DNA of 64,000 nt from Pseudomonadota bacterium (GTDB lineage: Bacteria; Pseudomonadota; Alphaproteobacteria; G022571365). Shown here piece after piece: positions 31,929 through 41,907 of the stretch (positions are counted from its first letter, which is position 1; each line of letters opens with the position of its first letter). The notes below the pieces were generated by a model. That model saw only the letters and a list, made by a program, of their open reading frames with translations. It did no database searches and was not told where the DNA came from. The stretch is taken from the NCBI GenBank assembly GCA_022571365.1, contig JACZXZ010000002.1, positions 14,402 to 78,401 on the forward strand. Direction: 5' to 3'. The position numbers were made by a program, and so were the translations under genes.

Positions 31929-32971
31929 CCCACCTCCATGGTGAGAAACGCGGCCGTGAAGCCCGGCCCCAGCGCCGACAGGAGATAGCGGCCGGTATCG
32001 CCCGCTTTAAGCGCCCGGTCCAGAACGAACATGACGGAGGCCGCCGACATGTTGCCGTACTCTCTGAGAACGGCGCGGGCGTGGTCCAAGACGCCGTTGT
32101 CGAGGCCGAGCGCCGCCTCAAACGCGGCCAGCACCTTGGCGCCCCCGGGATGGCAGAGGAAGCTGTCGATGTCGTCCAAGCCCAGGTCCTGCCGCCCGAG
32201 AAAGTCTTCGAGCGCGGGGCGCAGCTGGTCGCGCACCAGGGCCGGGATATCGCGCGAGAACAGGACGCCGAGGCCGTCCTCCTCGACCCTCCAGCCCATC
32301 ACGTCGAGGGAGTTCGGCCAGGTGTGCTCGCCCCAAGCGGTTAACGTGGATCCGTTGCCGGTGCAGCCGATGAGGGCCGCGGCGGCGCCGTCGCCGAACA
32401 GGGCCGAGGCGATGACGTTGCTTTTCGATTGGTCGGTCCGACGGAAGGTCAGGCCGCACAACTCCACCACCAGGAACAGGATCTTCTGTTCCGGCGCCGC
32501 CTGGGCGAGGGCGGCGGCGCGGGCCAGTCCCAGCACGCCGCCGGCACAGCCCAGGCCGAAAATCGGCAGGCGCTGGACGTCGCGCCGCATGCCGAGGCGT
32601 TCCATGAGCAGCGCATCGAGGCTCGGGGTGGCGATGCCCGAGGTCGAGACCGCGACGATGCCGTCCACCTCCTCGACGCCGCACCCCGCCGCCGCCAGGC
32701 AGTCGAGGGTGGCACGCTCCAGAAGCGCGACGGCGTTATCGATATAGAGCCGGTTGCGTTCGACCCAGCCATGCTTTTTCTGGTACCAGTCCACCGGCAC
32801 GCAGGAATAACGCGTCTCGATGCCGGCATTTTCGTAGACGGGCAGCAGGCGCTCGATCTCGTCGCCGAGTTCGGGAAACAGCCGCCGGGCGTGGGCCGCC
32901 ACCTCCGATTGCCGCAATATGAAAGGCGGGACGGCGGTGGCGAGGGCAAGCAGTCCAGGTGCGGGCAGCAT
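31925..32971 (-). CDS. Type III polyketide synthase (chalcone/stilbene synthase superfamily)
   Basis: Catalytic Cys in FGLGCAGG, His in FLCHPGGAKV, Asn in GNMSAASV; 348 aa. Confidence 0.9.
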   Translation of the reverse strand: MLPAPGLLALATAVPPFILRQSEVAAHARRLFPELGDEIERLLPVYENAGIETRYSCVPVDWYQKKHGWVERNRLYIDNAVALLERATLDCLAAAGCGVEEVDGIVAVSTSGIATPSLDALLMERLGMRRDVQRLPIFGLGCAGGVLGLARAAALAQAAPEQKILFLVVELCGLTFRRTDQSKSNVIASALFGDGAAAALIGCTGNGSTLTAWGEHTWPNSLDVMGWRVEEDGLGVLFSRDIPALVRDQLRPALEDFLGRQDLGLDDIDSFLCHPGGAKVLAAFEAALGLDNGVLDHARAVLREYGNMSAASVMFVLDRALKAGDTGRYLLSALGPGFTAAFLTMEVG

Positions 32972-33189
32972 CGCTCACGGACCTCCTTTGCTCTTAGCCC
33001 TACAGTCGATAATGGCCGAATGCCAGCGAGACATATGGACATATCGATAAAGCCCGCCGCCAACGGAAGCGACGTTATCGGTCAGGTCCGAGCCGGCCGG
33101 AAGCGCAATTCGGTTGCGCTTCGGCGTGGACTTTACCATTCTGGGGACGAAACCGTTGCGGTGAATCGATTCATTCGACGGGAAGCAGA

Positions 33190-33990
33190 ATGAAACGCGA
33201 GAGTTCCGAAGCTCAGAGTCCATCCTCGCGCAAGCCGAAGGTTGTCAACAACCCGGCGGCGCAGGCACAGCCCGTGAAGATCAAGCTGGGCGGCAAGCTG
33301 CGCGCCTATTTCCTTGCCGGCGTCCTGGTCACCGCACCGATCGCGATTACCTTCTACATCGCTTGGCTGGTCATCGATTTCGTAGACAGTCGGGTGACGC
33401 CGCTCATCCCGGCCAAATACAATCCGGAAACCTACCTGCCGTTCGGCATTCCCGGCCTCGGGCTGATCATCGTGATCATCGTCCTCACGCTGGTCGGCTG
33501 GCTCACCGCCGGTTACCTCGGCCGCCTGTTCCTGCGCATGGGCGAAAGGGTGTTGGCCCGGATGCCGTTCGTCCGCAGCGTTTACAGCGCCACCAAACAA
33601 ATCGTCGAAACCGTGCTGACCCGGCAGTCGAGCGCCTTCCGCCAGGTTGTCTTGTTCGAGTACCCGCGCCGCGGCAGCTGGGCGCTCGGCTTCATCACCG
33701 GCCAGACCCAGGGCGAGGTCCAGAGCCTGACCCAGGACGAGGTCGTCAACGTGTTCCTGCCGACCACGCCCAACCCGACCTCCGGCTACCTCCTGTTCGT
33801 GCCGCTGAAAGATCTGGTGGTGCTGGACATGACGGTGGAGGAGGGCATCAAGATGGTCGTCTCGGGTGGGATCATCACGCCGCCCGACCGGCGGCCGGCG
33901 CGCATCCGCGCGCTGCCGAAGATCGCCGCGGCCGAGCGAGACACGCCCACGATCCCGATCAAGGCGGGCAAAAAGGGCGGCTCAGCCTGA
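33190..33990 (+). CDS. DUF502 family membrane protein
   Basis: Two N-terminal TM helices then conserved MPFVRSVYSATKQIVETV ... PTTPNPTSGYLLFVP motifs typical of DUF502. Confidence 0.7.
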   Translation: MKRESSEAQSPSSRKPKVVNNPAAQAQPVKIKLGGKLRAYFLAGVLVTAPIAITFYIAWLVIDFVDSRVTPLIPAKYNPETYLPFGIPGLGLIIVIIVLTLVGWLTAGYLGRLFLRMGERVLARMPFVRSVYSATKQIVETVLTRQSSAFRQVVLFEYPRRGSWALGFITGQTQGEVQSLTQDEVVNVFLPTTPNPTSGYLLFVPLKDLVVLDMTVEEGIKMVVSGGIITPPDRRPARIRALPKIAAAERDTPTIPIKAGKKGGSA

Positions 33991-36057
33991 GCGCACGTAT
34001 TTCACCACGGCATCCCGTTCGAACAGGTACAACAGCGTCCTCAAGGCCGCGCCGCGGGGCGTCTCGAGGCCAGGGTCGCGCTCCAGGATGAGCCGGGCGT
34101 CGTCGCGGGCCACGGCCAGAAGCTCGGCATGCTCGGCCAGGTCGGCCAAGCGGAAGTCGGGCAGGCCGCTTTGCCGCGTGCCCAGAAGCTCGCCGGCGCC
34201 GCGCAGGCGCAAATCCTCCTCGGCGATGCGGAATCCGTCGTCGGTCTCGCGCAGGATTTTGAGCCGCGCCCGCGCCGTCGGGGTGAGCGGCCCGGCATAT
34301 AGAAACAGGCAGGTGGACGGCTTGTCGCCGCGCCCGATACGCCCGCGCAGCTGATGCAGCTGGGCCAGGCCGAAGCGCTCGGCGTGCTCGATCACCATGA
34401 TGTTCGCCGCAGGCACGTCGACGCCGACCTCGATCACCGTGGTGGCGACCAGGACGCCCAGGTCGCCTTTGGCGAAGGCGGCCATGACCGCGTCCTTCTC
34501 GGGGCCCTTCATGCGTCCGTGAACGAGGCCCACACGGCCGCCGAACCGGCCGGTGAGGTAGGCGTGACGCTCGCTGGCGGCGGCCAGATCCACCGCCTCG
34601 GACTCCTCGACCAGGGGACACACCCAATACGCTCTCGCCCCCTGGCCGACCCTCCGCTTGACGGCGGCGACCACCTCCCCGAGGCGGGACAGCGGCATCG
34701 TCCTGGTATCGACCGGCGGCCGGCCGGCCGGCTTCTCGGTGAGGGGCGAGACATCCATGTCGCCGTAGGCCGCGAGCAACAGCGTGCGCGGAATCGGCGT
34801 CGCCGTCATCACCAGCATGTCGACGCCGCGCCCCTTGGCCGCGAGCATCAGGCGCTGGTGCACGCCGAACCGGTGCTGCTCGTCGACGACGGCGAGACCC
34901 AGATCCCGGAAGGCGACCTGTTCCTGGAACAGGGCGTGGGTGCCGACCGCGAGTTTGATATCTCCGGCGGCGAGACCGTCGAGGACGGCCCGGCGCTCCT
35001 TGCCCTTGCCGCGTCCGGTCAAGAGCGCGATCTCGACGCCGGCGGCCCGGGCCAGCGGCTCCATGGTGGCCATGTGCTGGCGCGCGAGGATCTCGGTCGG
35101 CGCCATCAGCGCGGCCTGATGCCCGGCCTCGACCGCATTCAGCATGGCCATGAGCGCGACCACCGTCTTGCCGCTGCCGACATCGCCCTGGAGGAGGCGC
35201 AGCATGCGCGCGTCCGAGGCCATGTCGGCGGCGATCTGGGCAAGCGCCTGTTCCTGCGAGCCGGTGAGTCGGAAGGGCAGTGCTTTCAACACGCGCTCAC
35301 GCAACCGGCCGTCGCCGGCAACGGCCCGACCCGGCAGGCGGCGCAGCTGGACCCGCGCCAGGGCGAGCGCCAGCTGGCTGGCCAGGAGTTCGTCATAGGC
35401 CAGCCGCGCCCGCGCCGCCGGCGTCAGCCCGGCCCGGGTCTCCGGCGCGTGCGCTTCGCACAGGGCCGCGCGCCAGGATTTCCAGCCCTGGCGTGCGAGG
35501 TAGGCCGGGTCGATCCATTCGGCCAGCTCGGGCGCCCGTTTCAGCGCCGCGCGCACCGCCTTGCCCAAGGTGTTGAGGGTCAGCCCGGCGGTCAGCCTGT
35601 AGACCGGTTCGACCCGCTGCAGATGGTCGAGCTCGTCGAGGGTGGCGATATAGTCGGGGTGGGTTATCTGAATCTGCTTGTTGTAGTGCTCGACCTTGCC
35701 GCTTACGACCCGAAGCTCGCCTTCCGGCAGGACCCGACGCAGGTAGTCGGGCCGGGCGTGAAAGAACACCAGATCGAGACGGCCGGTCTGGTCGGAGCAG
35801 CGCACCTTATAGGGCAGGCGCGGATGCCGCGGCGGCAGGTGGGCATCGACCCGAAGCTTGATCGTCGCGATGGCGCCGGGCGGGGCCTCCGCCACCTTGG
35901 GGGCGAAGCGGCGGTCGATCACGTCCGTCGGCAGGTGCCACAGGAGGTCGACCACATGGGGGCCGGCAACCTTCTCGATGAGCTTGGCGATGCGCGGGCC
36001 GACCCCGTCAAACGAGGTCACGGGCGCAAACAAAGCAAACAGAATCTCCGGACGCAT
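33982..36057 (-). CDS. recG: ATP-dependent DNA helicase RecG
   Basis: 691 aa; wedge domain, helicase motifs (GDVGSGKT; DEQHRFG; TATPIPRT), C-terminal TRG motif. Confidence 0.95.
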   Translation of the reverse strand: MRPEILFALFAPVTSFDGVGPRIAKLIEKVAGPHVVDLLWHLPTDVIDRRFAPKVAEAPPGAIATIKLRVDAHLPPRHPRLPYKVRCSDQTGRLDLVFFHARPDYLRRVLPEGELRVVSGKVEHYNKQIQITHPDYIATLDELDHLQRVEPVYRLTAGLTLNTLGKAVRAALKRAPELAEWIDPAYLARQGWKSWRAALCEAHAPETRAGLTPAARARLAYDELLASQLALALARVQLRRLPGRAVAGDGRLRERVLKALPFRLTGSQEQALAQIAADMASDARMLRLLQGDVGSGKTVVALMAMLNAVEAGHQAALMAPTEILARQHMATMEPLARAAGVEIALLTGRGKGKERRAVLDGLAAGDIKLAVGTHALFQEQVAFRDLGLAVVDEQHRFGVHQRLMLAAKGRGVDMLVMTATPIPRTLLLAAYGDMDVSPLTEKPAGRPPVDTRTMPLSRLGEVVAAVKRRVGQGARAYWVCPLVEESEAVDLAAASERHAYLTGRFGGRVGLVHGRMKGPEKDAVMAAFAKGDLGVLVATTVIEVGVDVPAANIMVIEHAERFGLAQLHQLRGRIGRGDKPSTCLFLYAGPLTPTARARLKILRETDDGFRIAEEDLRLRGAGELLGTRQSGLPDFRLADLAEHAELLAVARDDARLILERDPGLETPRGAALRTLLYLFERDAVVKYVRSG

Positions 36058-36135
36058 GACTCGCGGCTTGTGAGAGCTGACAGGGCAAGCTCAAGGTTCT
36101 ATATCCTACATACTAGGGTGTCGCAGGTGCACGCA

Positions 36136-36408
36136 ATGACTGAGGAGACGAACGCCCGCCTGAAGCGCCTCCTGTTCCGCAGTTGGCACCGGGGCACGCG
36201 GGAAATGGATCTGCTGCTCGGCAATTTTGCCCGGCGCCATCTCGAGTCCTTCACCGAGGACCAGCTCGACCGGTTCGAAGCCCTGATCGAGCTCGGCGAT
36301 CCTGAGCTTTTTGCCTGGATCAGTGGTCTTGAGAGCGTGCCGCCGGGCCTCGACAACGACGTCATGAGCCTTCTAAAGGACTTCAAGTTCAGGTCTATAA
36401 GTGATTGA
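36136..36408 (+). CDS. sdhE: FAD assembly factor SdhE (DUF339)
   Basis: 90 aa; RLLFRSWHRGTREMDLLLGNFA ... DPELFAWI signature. Confidence 0.8.
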   Translation: MTEETNARLKRLLFRSWHRGTREMDLLLGNFARRHLESFTEDQLDRFEALIELGDPELFAWISGLESVPPGLDNDVMSLLKDFKFRSISD

Positions 36409-39400
36409 AATTAAACTATAACGAACTTTCAGAGCCGGGCCGGGTCGTAATCTCGGGGGCGCCCGAGGGCTTCGACGCCCTGATCCTCGGCGCCTTTGCC
36501 GCCTCGGGCGCGGTCCGCGATCTCCTGCACATCGCCCGCGACGATGCGCGCATGGCGCTCATGGCCGAGGCGCTGGCCTTCTTCGCCCCCGGGGTCGAGG
36601 TGCTGACCCTGCCGGCCTGGGACTGTCTGCCCTATGACCGGATGTCGCCCAACGGCGACGTGGTGAGCCGCCGCATCGACACCTTGAGTCGGCTCGCCGC
36701 GGGCCGGACCCCATGCCGGATCGTGCTGACCACGGTGAACGCGTGCTTGCAGCGCATGCCGCCCCGGGAAATGTTCGCGGACTCGACCTGGCGCGCGCAT
36801 GTCGGCGAGACGCTGTCGCGTGACGAACTCCTCGGATTTCTGACACGGAACGGCTACAGCCGGGCGGAGACCGTACGCGAGCCCGGCGAGTACGCGGTGC
36901 GCGGCGGCATCATCGACATCTTCCCCCCGGGGAGCCGGGAGCCCTTGAGGCTCGATCTGTTCGGCGAGGTGCTCGACGGGGTGCGCAGCTTCGATCCGCT
37001 GTCCCAGCGGAGCACCGGCAAGCGCCAGGCGATCACGCTCAAACCCGTGAGCGAGATCCTGCTGGACGGCGCGACCATCTCCCGCTTCCGCATGGGTTAC
37101 CGGGAGCTGTTCGGAGCGGTGGCCGGGCACGACCCGCTCTACGAGGCGATCAGCGCCGGCCGCAGGCACATTGGCATGGAGCACTGGCTGCCCCTGTTCC
37201 ACGAGAGGCTGGAGACGGTGTTCGACTACCTGCCCGAGGCCGCCGTCACCCTCGACCACCAGGCCGAGGAGGCGGTCGGGGCGCGGTTCGACCTGATCGC
37301 CGAACACTACCAGGCGCGCGGCAGCCTGGCCGGCCGGGGCGGAGCCGCCGCCGACGGAGCGATCTACAAGCCGCTGCCGCCGGATCGGCTCTATCTCGGC
37401 CGGAAGGAATGGAAGGCGCTCATCGGGCGGCGCGCGGCCGGCTTCTTTTCGCCGTTCGCGGCGCCGGAAGGGGAGGCGAGGACGGTCGATGCCGGCGGCA
37501 AGCGGGGCCGTGACTTCGCGGACGCCCGCGTCCGGGCCGACGTCAACCTGTTCGACGCCGTGGGCCGCACCATCGCCGAGGAACGCGCGGCCGGGCGACG
37601 CGTCATCATCACCGCCTACAGCGCCGGCGCCCGCGACCGCCTGCACGGGCTCTTGAGGGATCACGGGGTCGCCGAGCTGGTCATCGTCGATAGCTGGCCG
37701 GACGTGGTCTCCCTGCCGCCCGCCGCCGCCGCCCTTGTCGTCCTGGCGCTCGAGCACGGATTCCAGACGCCGGAAGCGACGGTCATCACCGAGCAGGACA
37801 TCCTGGGCGAGCGCTTGACCCGCGCCGTCCGCCGCCGGCGCCGGGCGGAGAACTTCATCCAGGAGGCATCGAGCCTCAACCAAGGCGACCTGGTCGTCCA
37901 CGTCGAGCACGGCATCGGCCGTTATGACGGGCTGGAGACCCTGGAGGTCTCGGGCGCGCCCCACGATTGCCTGCGCCTGGCCTACGATGGCGGCGACCGG
38001 CTGTACGTCCCGGTCGAGAACATCGAGATGCTGTCGCGCTACGGCTCGGAGACCAGCGGCGTCCAGCTCGACCGCTTGGGCAGCGCCCACTGGCAGGCCC
38101 GCAAGGCCCGGGTCAAGAAGCGCATCAAGGACATCGCCGAGCGCCTGATCCGGGTCGCCGCCGAGCGGCATCTGCGCACGGCTCCGGTCATGGCCCCGCC
38201 CGAGGGCCTGTACGACGAGTTCTGCGCCCGCTTTCCCTATCCCGAGACCGAGGACCAGCTCAAGAGCATCGAGGACACCCTGGAGGACTTGAGCAACGGG
38301 CGGCCGATGGACCGCCTGATCTGTGGCGACGTCGGTTTCGGCAAGACCGAGGTGGCGCTCAGGGCCGCCTTCATCGCGGTCATGTCGGGCGCCCAGGTCG
38401 CGGTGGTGGTGCCGACCACGCTCTTGAGCCGCCAGCACTACCAGACCTTCCATGAGCGCTTCGCCGCCTTGCCGGTTCGGATCGAGCAGCTCTCGCGGCT
38501 GGTGTCGGCGGGACGCGCGGCGGCGGTCAAGCGGGGACTCGCCGAGGGCACCGTGGACATCGTCATCGGCACCCACGCGCTCTTGGGCAAGACCGTCCGG
38601 TTCAAGAACCTGGGTCTGGTGGTGGTCGACGAGGAGCAACATTTCGGCGTGGCCCAAAAGGAGCGGCTCAAGGAGCTCGAGAGCGACGTCCACGTGCTCA
38701 CGCTCACCGCGACTCCGATCCCGCGCACCCTGCAGATGGCCCTGACCGGCGTGCGCGAGATGAGCCTGATCGCCACCCCACCGGTCGACCGGCTGGCGGT
38801 CAGGACCTTCGTCCTGCCCTATGACCCGGTGGTCGTGCGCGAGGCGATTCTGCGCGAGCACCGGCGCGGCGGACAGGCCTTCTACGTCTGCCCCCGGATC
38901 GAAGACCTGCCCCGGCTGGGCCAGCGGCTCGAGGAGCTGGTGCCCGAGGTCAAGATCGCCACCGCCCATGGCCGCATGGCGGCGGGCAAGCTGGAGCGGA
39001 TCATGGCGGGCTTCTACGACCGCGCCTACGACCTGTTGTTGTCCACCAACATCATCGAGTCCGGCCTGGACATACCGAGTGTCAACACCATGATCGTCCA
39101 CCGCGCCGACATGTTCGGGCTCGCCCAGCTTTACCAGCTCCGGGGCCGGATCGGGCGCTCCAAGGTCCGGGCCTACGCCTACCTCACCCTGCCGTCCCAC
39201 GACGTGCTCTCGGCCACCGCGCGCCGGCGGCTCGATGTCATGCAGACCCTCGACAGCCTCGGGGCCGGCTTCAGCCTGGCGAGCTACGACCTGGATATTC
39301 GCGGCGCCGGCAACCTCCTGGGCGATGAACAGTCGGGCCATATCCGCGAGGTCGGCATCGAGCTGTATCAGCAGTTGCTCGAGGAGGCGGTGGCGCGCGG

Positions 39401-39929
39401 CCGAGAGGAGGGGCGGGGAGCCGACGGCGGCGCGCCGGCGGCCGAAGAATGGAGCCCGCAGATCAACATCGGAACGCCGGTGCTCATCCCCGACGGCTAC
39501 GTGGCCGATCTGGGCGTCCGCCTGGGCCTCTATCGCCGCATCGCCGAGCTGGTCGATCAAGCCGAGATCGAGGCCTTCGCCGCCGAGCTGATCGACCGTT
39601 TCGGACCGCTGCCGGGCGAGGTCGAGAACCTGCTCAAGGTCGTCGCCATCAAACGGCTCTGCCTCCAGGCCGGAATCGACAGGCTGGAGGCGGGCCCCAA
39701 GGGCGCGGTGGTGTCGTTCCGCTTGAACCGTTTCGCCAATCCCGAGGGGCTGGTGGATTTCATGTCGTCCGAGGCCCAAAGGGTCAAGATGCGCTCCGAC
39801 CACAAGCTGGTCTACCGGCACGACTGGAGCGAGCCGGAGCGGCGCTTTGCCGGCATCGAACGCCTGATGCGGCGGCTTGCCGAGATCGCGGCAAAAGCCG
39901 CGCCACGCCGGCCCGTCGCCGGATCCTGA
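36405..39929 (+). CDS. mfd: Transcription-repair coupling factor
   Basis: 1174 aa; UvrB-homology N-terminal region, RNAP-interaction domain, superfamily 2 helicase motifs (GDVGFGKTEVA; DEEQHFGV; LTATPIPRT), TRG and C-terminal domain; start uncertain (TTG at 36405 overlapping sdhE stop). Confidence 0.95.
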   Translation: MKLNYNELSEPGRVVISGAPEGFDALILGAFAASGAVRDLLHIARDDARMALMAEALAFFAPGVEVLTLPAWDCLPYDRMSPNGDVVSRRIDTLSRLAAGRTPCRIVLTTVNACLQRMPPREMFADSTWRAHVGETLSRDELLGFLTRNGYSRAETVREPGEYAVRGGIIDIFPPGSREPLRLDLFGEVLDGVRSFDPLSQRSTGKRQAITLKPVSEILLDGATISRFRMGYRELFGAVAGHDPLYEAISAGRRHIGMEHWLPLFHERLETVFDYLPEAAVTLDHQAEEAVGARFDLIAEHYQARGSLAGRGGAAADGAIYKPLPPDRLYLGRKEWKALIGRRAAGFFSPFAAPEGEARTVDAGGKRGRDFADARVRADVNLFDAVGRTIAEERAAGRRVIITAYSAGARDRLHGLLRDHGVAELVIVDSWPDVVSLPPAAAALVVLALEHGFQTPEATVITEQDILGERLTRAVRRRRRAENFIQEASSLNQGDLVVHVEHGIGRYDGLETLEVSGAPHDCLRLAYDGGDRLYVPVENIEMLSRYGSETSGVQLDRLGSAHWQARKARVKKRIKDIAERLIRVAAERHLRTAPVMAPPEGLYDEFCARFPYPETEDQLKSIEDTLEDLSNGRPMDRLICGDVGFGKTEVALRAAFIAVMSGAQVAVVVPTTLLSRQHYQTFHERFAALPVRIEQLSRLVSAGRAAAVKRGLAEGTVDIVIGTHALLGKTVRFKNLGLVVVDEEQHFGVAQKERLKELESDVHVLTLTATPIPRTLQMALTGVREMSLIATPPVDRLAVRTFVLPYDPVVVREAILREHRRGGQAFYVCPRIEDLPRLGQRLEELVPEVKIATAHGRMAAGKLERIMAGFYDRAYDLLLSTNIIESGLDIPSVNTMIVHRADMFGLAQLYQLRGRIGRSKVRAYAYLTLPSHDVLSATARRRLDVMQTLDSLGAGFSLASYDLDIRGAGNLLGDEQSGHIREVGIELYQQLLEEAVARGREEGRGADGGAPAAEEWSPQINIGTPVLIPDGYVADLGVRLGLYRRIAELVDQAEIEAFAAELIDRFGPLPGEVENLLKVVAIKRLCLQAGIDRLEAGPKGAVVSFRLNRFANPEGLVDFMSSEAQRVKMRSDHKLVYRHDWSEPERRFAGIERLMRRLAEIAAKAAPRRPVAGS

Positions 39930-40220
39930 TGGGGCGCTGTCGCGGCCTGGCCCCGGGGCCGCTTGCCTCCCGGCGCGATTGCCGTTGACGGTCGCCGGCG
40001 CGTGAGTCCCTATAGGAAGTCAATCGGGTCGAGGCCCGCCCGGGCGCCGCGGCGGGGTGCGCCGTTGAAGGAAAAGTCCCGTCCATAGAGCGGCCATGGA
40101 CATTCGAATCGACTGGCTCCTGACCATGTGCAAGGCCTGGAAGCTGGACCCGGGCGAGGCCGTCTCCGAGGCGCATGAGCCGTCCCGACTCCGGCCGCGG
40201 AAAGGGGGGGATTTCCGGCC

Positions 40221-41252
40221 GTGGAGTTGAGCGCCAAAGGCTCGCAGGTCCGACTCGAGAGATTCATCGCCGAGGCGGCCGGGGCCGAGGCGGCGGCGGT
40301 CGAGTCCATCGCCCTGCTGGACGGCGGGGCGGTGCTGGAGAACTGGGCCGTCGAGGTGAGCATCCGAGGCGGCCCGCAGGCCGGCCGCCACCGTCTGGTG
40401 TTGCGGACGGATCCGCCGGCGAGCCTTCCCGAAAGCCTCTCCCGCCTCCAGGAGTTCGCCGTGTTGAAGGCGGTGTTCGAGGCCGGCGTCACGGTGCCGG
40501 AGCCCCTCTGGCCCTGCGCCGACCGGGAGGTCATCGGCCGGGACTTCTACCTCATGCGCCGGATAGACGGCACCACCGCCGGCCTTCGCCTGGTGCGCGA
40601 GGAGTCGCTTGGAGGCGACCGCGAGGCCCTGCTCGAACGGCTCGGACGGGAGCTCGCGCGCGCCCATGCCATCGTGCCGCCCCGGGCCGACCTCGACTTC
40701 CTGCCCATGCCGGAGCCCAGTCCGGCGCTGTCCTCGGTCGCCAAGTGCCGCGCCTATCTGGACTCCTACCCCCGGCCGTACCCGGTGCTCGAATGGGGGC
40801 TCCGGTGGCTCGAGCGGAACGCGCCGGAGGCCACGGAGTTGGTGCTGGCCCATCACGACTTCCGCACCGGCAATTACATGGTGGACGGGACCGGGTTCAC
40901 CGGCATCCTCGACTGGGAGTTTGCCGGCTGGAGCGATCCCATGGTGGATCTGGGTTGGTTCTGCGCCGGATGCTGGCGTTTCGGCGCCTATGACAAGGAG
41001 GCCGGCGGGATCGGCTCGCGCGAGAGCTTCTATCGCGGCTACCAACGGGCCTCGGGCCGGGAGATCGACCCGGCCGCCGTCTACTACTGGGAGGTGATGG
41101 CCCACGTCCGCTGGGCGGTCATCACGCTTCAGCAGGGCATGCGGCACCTCTCCGGCGAACAGCCGTCGCTGGAGTTGGCGCTGACCGGGCGCCGCCCGGC
41201 CGAGCTCGAGCTGGACATCCTGTTGATGACCGACAAGCCGAGGGTGCCCTGA
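40221..41252 (+). CDS. Phosphotransferase enzyme family protein (APH/choline-kinase-like fold)
   Basis: Brenner motif HHDFRTGNYMV and downstream DWEF...D motif; GTG start with G-rich RBS. Confidence 0.75.
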   Translation: MELSAKGSQVRLERFIAEAAGAEAAAVESIALLDGGAVLENWAVEVSIRGGPQAGRHRLVLRTDPPASLPESLSRLQEFAVLKAVFEAGVTVPEPLWPCADREVIGRDFYLMRRIDGTTAGLRLVREESLGGDREALLERLGRELARAHAIVPPRADLDFLPMPEPSPALSSVAKCRAYLDSYPRPYPVLEWGLRWLERNAPEATELVLAHHDFRTGNYMVDGTGFTGILDWEFAGWSDPMVDLGWFCAGCWRFGAYDKEAGGIGSRESFYRGYQRASGREIDPAAVYYWEVMAHVRWAVITLQQGMRHLSGEQPSLELALTGRRPAELELDILLMTDKPRVP

Positions 41253-41656
41253 TGCAGGACCGACCGAAGGGCGCGGAGCTGCTCGCCATCGCCCGGCGGA
41301 CCCTGGTCGAGAAGCTCACGGACCTGCTGCCCGAGGAGCGCCGTGGTGACGCTTCGAGGATCGCCGAGGCCATGGCGATCGCCGCCCGCGAGATCGAGGC
41401 CGGCGAGCGGCCCTTGCGCGCCGAGCTCGAACGGCTCGCCGCGCTCTATGGCGAGACGCCGGCCGAGGCCGGCGACCGGGAGGCCTTGGAAGGCGAGGTG
41501 ACACGGCTCAACCGGCGGCTGGCGGCCGATATCCGCGCCGGCAAGTTCGACTCGCCGGACCGCCGCCGGGCGGCCCGGGCCCATCTCCTGGACAGCGCCC
41601 GGGACAAGCTCGCCGAAAGCAAACCGGAACACCTGAAGGCGCGGGGGCTGGACTAG
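41252..41656 (+). CDS. Hypothetical helical protein, translationally coupled to the phosphotransferase gene
   Basis: 134 aa, Ala/Arg/Glu-rich, start ATG overlaps upstream stop (TGATG). Confidence 0.45.
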   Translation: MQDRPKGAELLAIARRTLVEKLTDLLPEERRGDASRIAEAMAIAAREIEAGERPLRAELERLAALYGETPAEAGDREALEGEVTRLNRRLAADIRAGKFDSPDRRRAARAHLLDSARDKLAESKPEHLKARGLD

Positions 41657-41737
41657 CCGTCGGGGCCGGCCTAGCCTCGCGGGGCTCGGCGCGCGCGAAC
41701 CGATCTCGGAGAATCGAAGGGAGCGAGACCGGACAGC

Positions 41738-41808
41738 ACCGCCGTCGGCGAAGGCGGGCCTGCCAGCCGAAGCTATCGGCGAAGGCGGGCCTGCCACCCG
41801 AAGCCGAA
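41738..41808. repeat. ~37-bp direct repeat x2 immediately 3' of tRNA-Ser
   Basis: CGGCGAAGGCGGGCCTGCCA(G/C)CCGAAGC repeated with a 10-bp spacer. Confidence 0.8.
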
Positions 41809-41817
41809 GACGTAGGG

Positions 41818-41907
41818 TGGCGGATGGGGTGGGATTCGAACCCACGAGGAGCGTTAACCCCTGCCGGTTTTCAAGACCGGTGCCTTAAACCGCTCGGCCA
41901 CCCATCC
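41818..41907 (-). tRNA. tRNA-Ser (anticodon UGA)
   Basis: Reverse complement reads GGATGGGTGGCCGAGCGGTTTAAGGCACCGGTCTTGAAAACCGG...GGTTCGAATCCCACCCCATCCGCCA: long variable arm, anticodon loop CUUGAAA, encoded CCA. Confidence 0.9.

Noticed and set aside
34354-36408. 684-aa ORF on + strand across recG
   Set aside because: Antisense to recG for most of its length; only the last 90 codons (36136..36408, SdhE) are a real gene.
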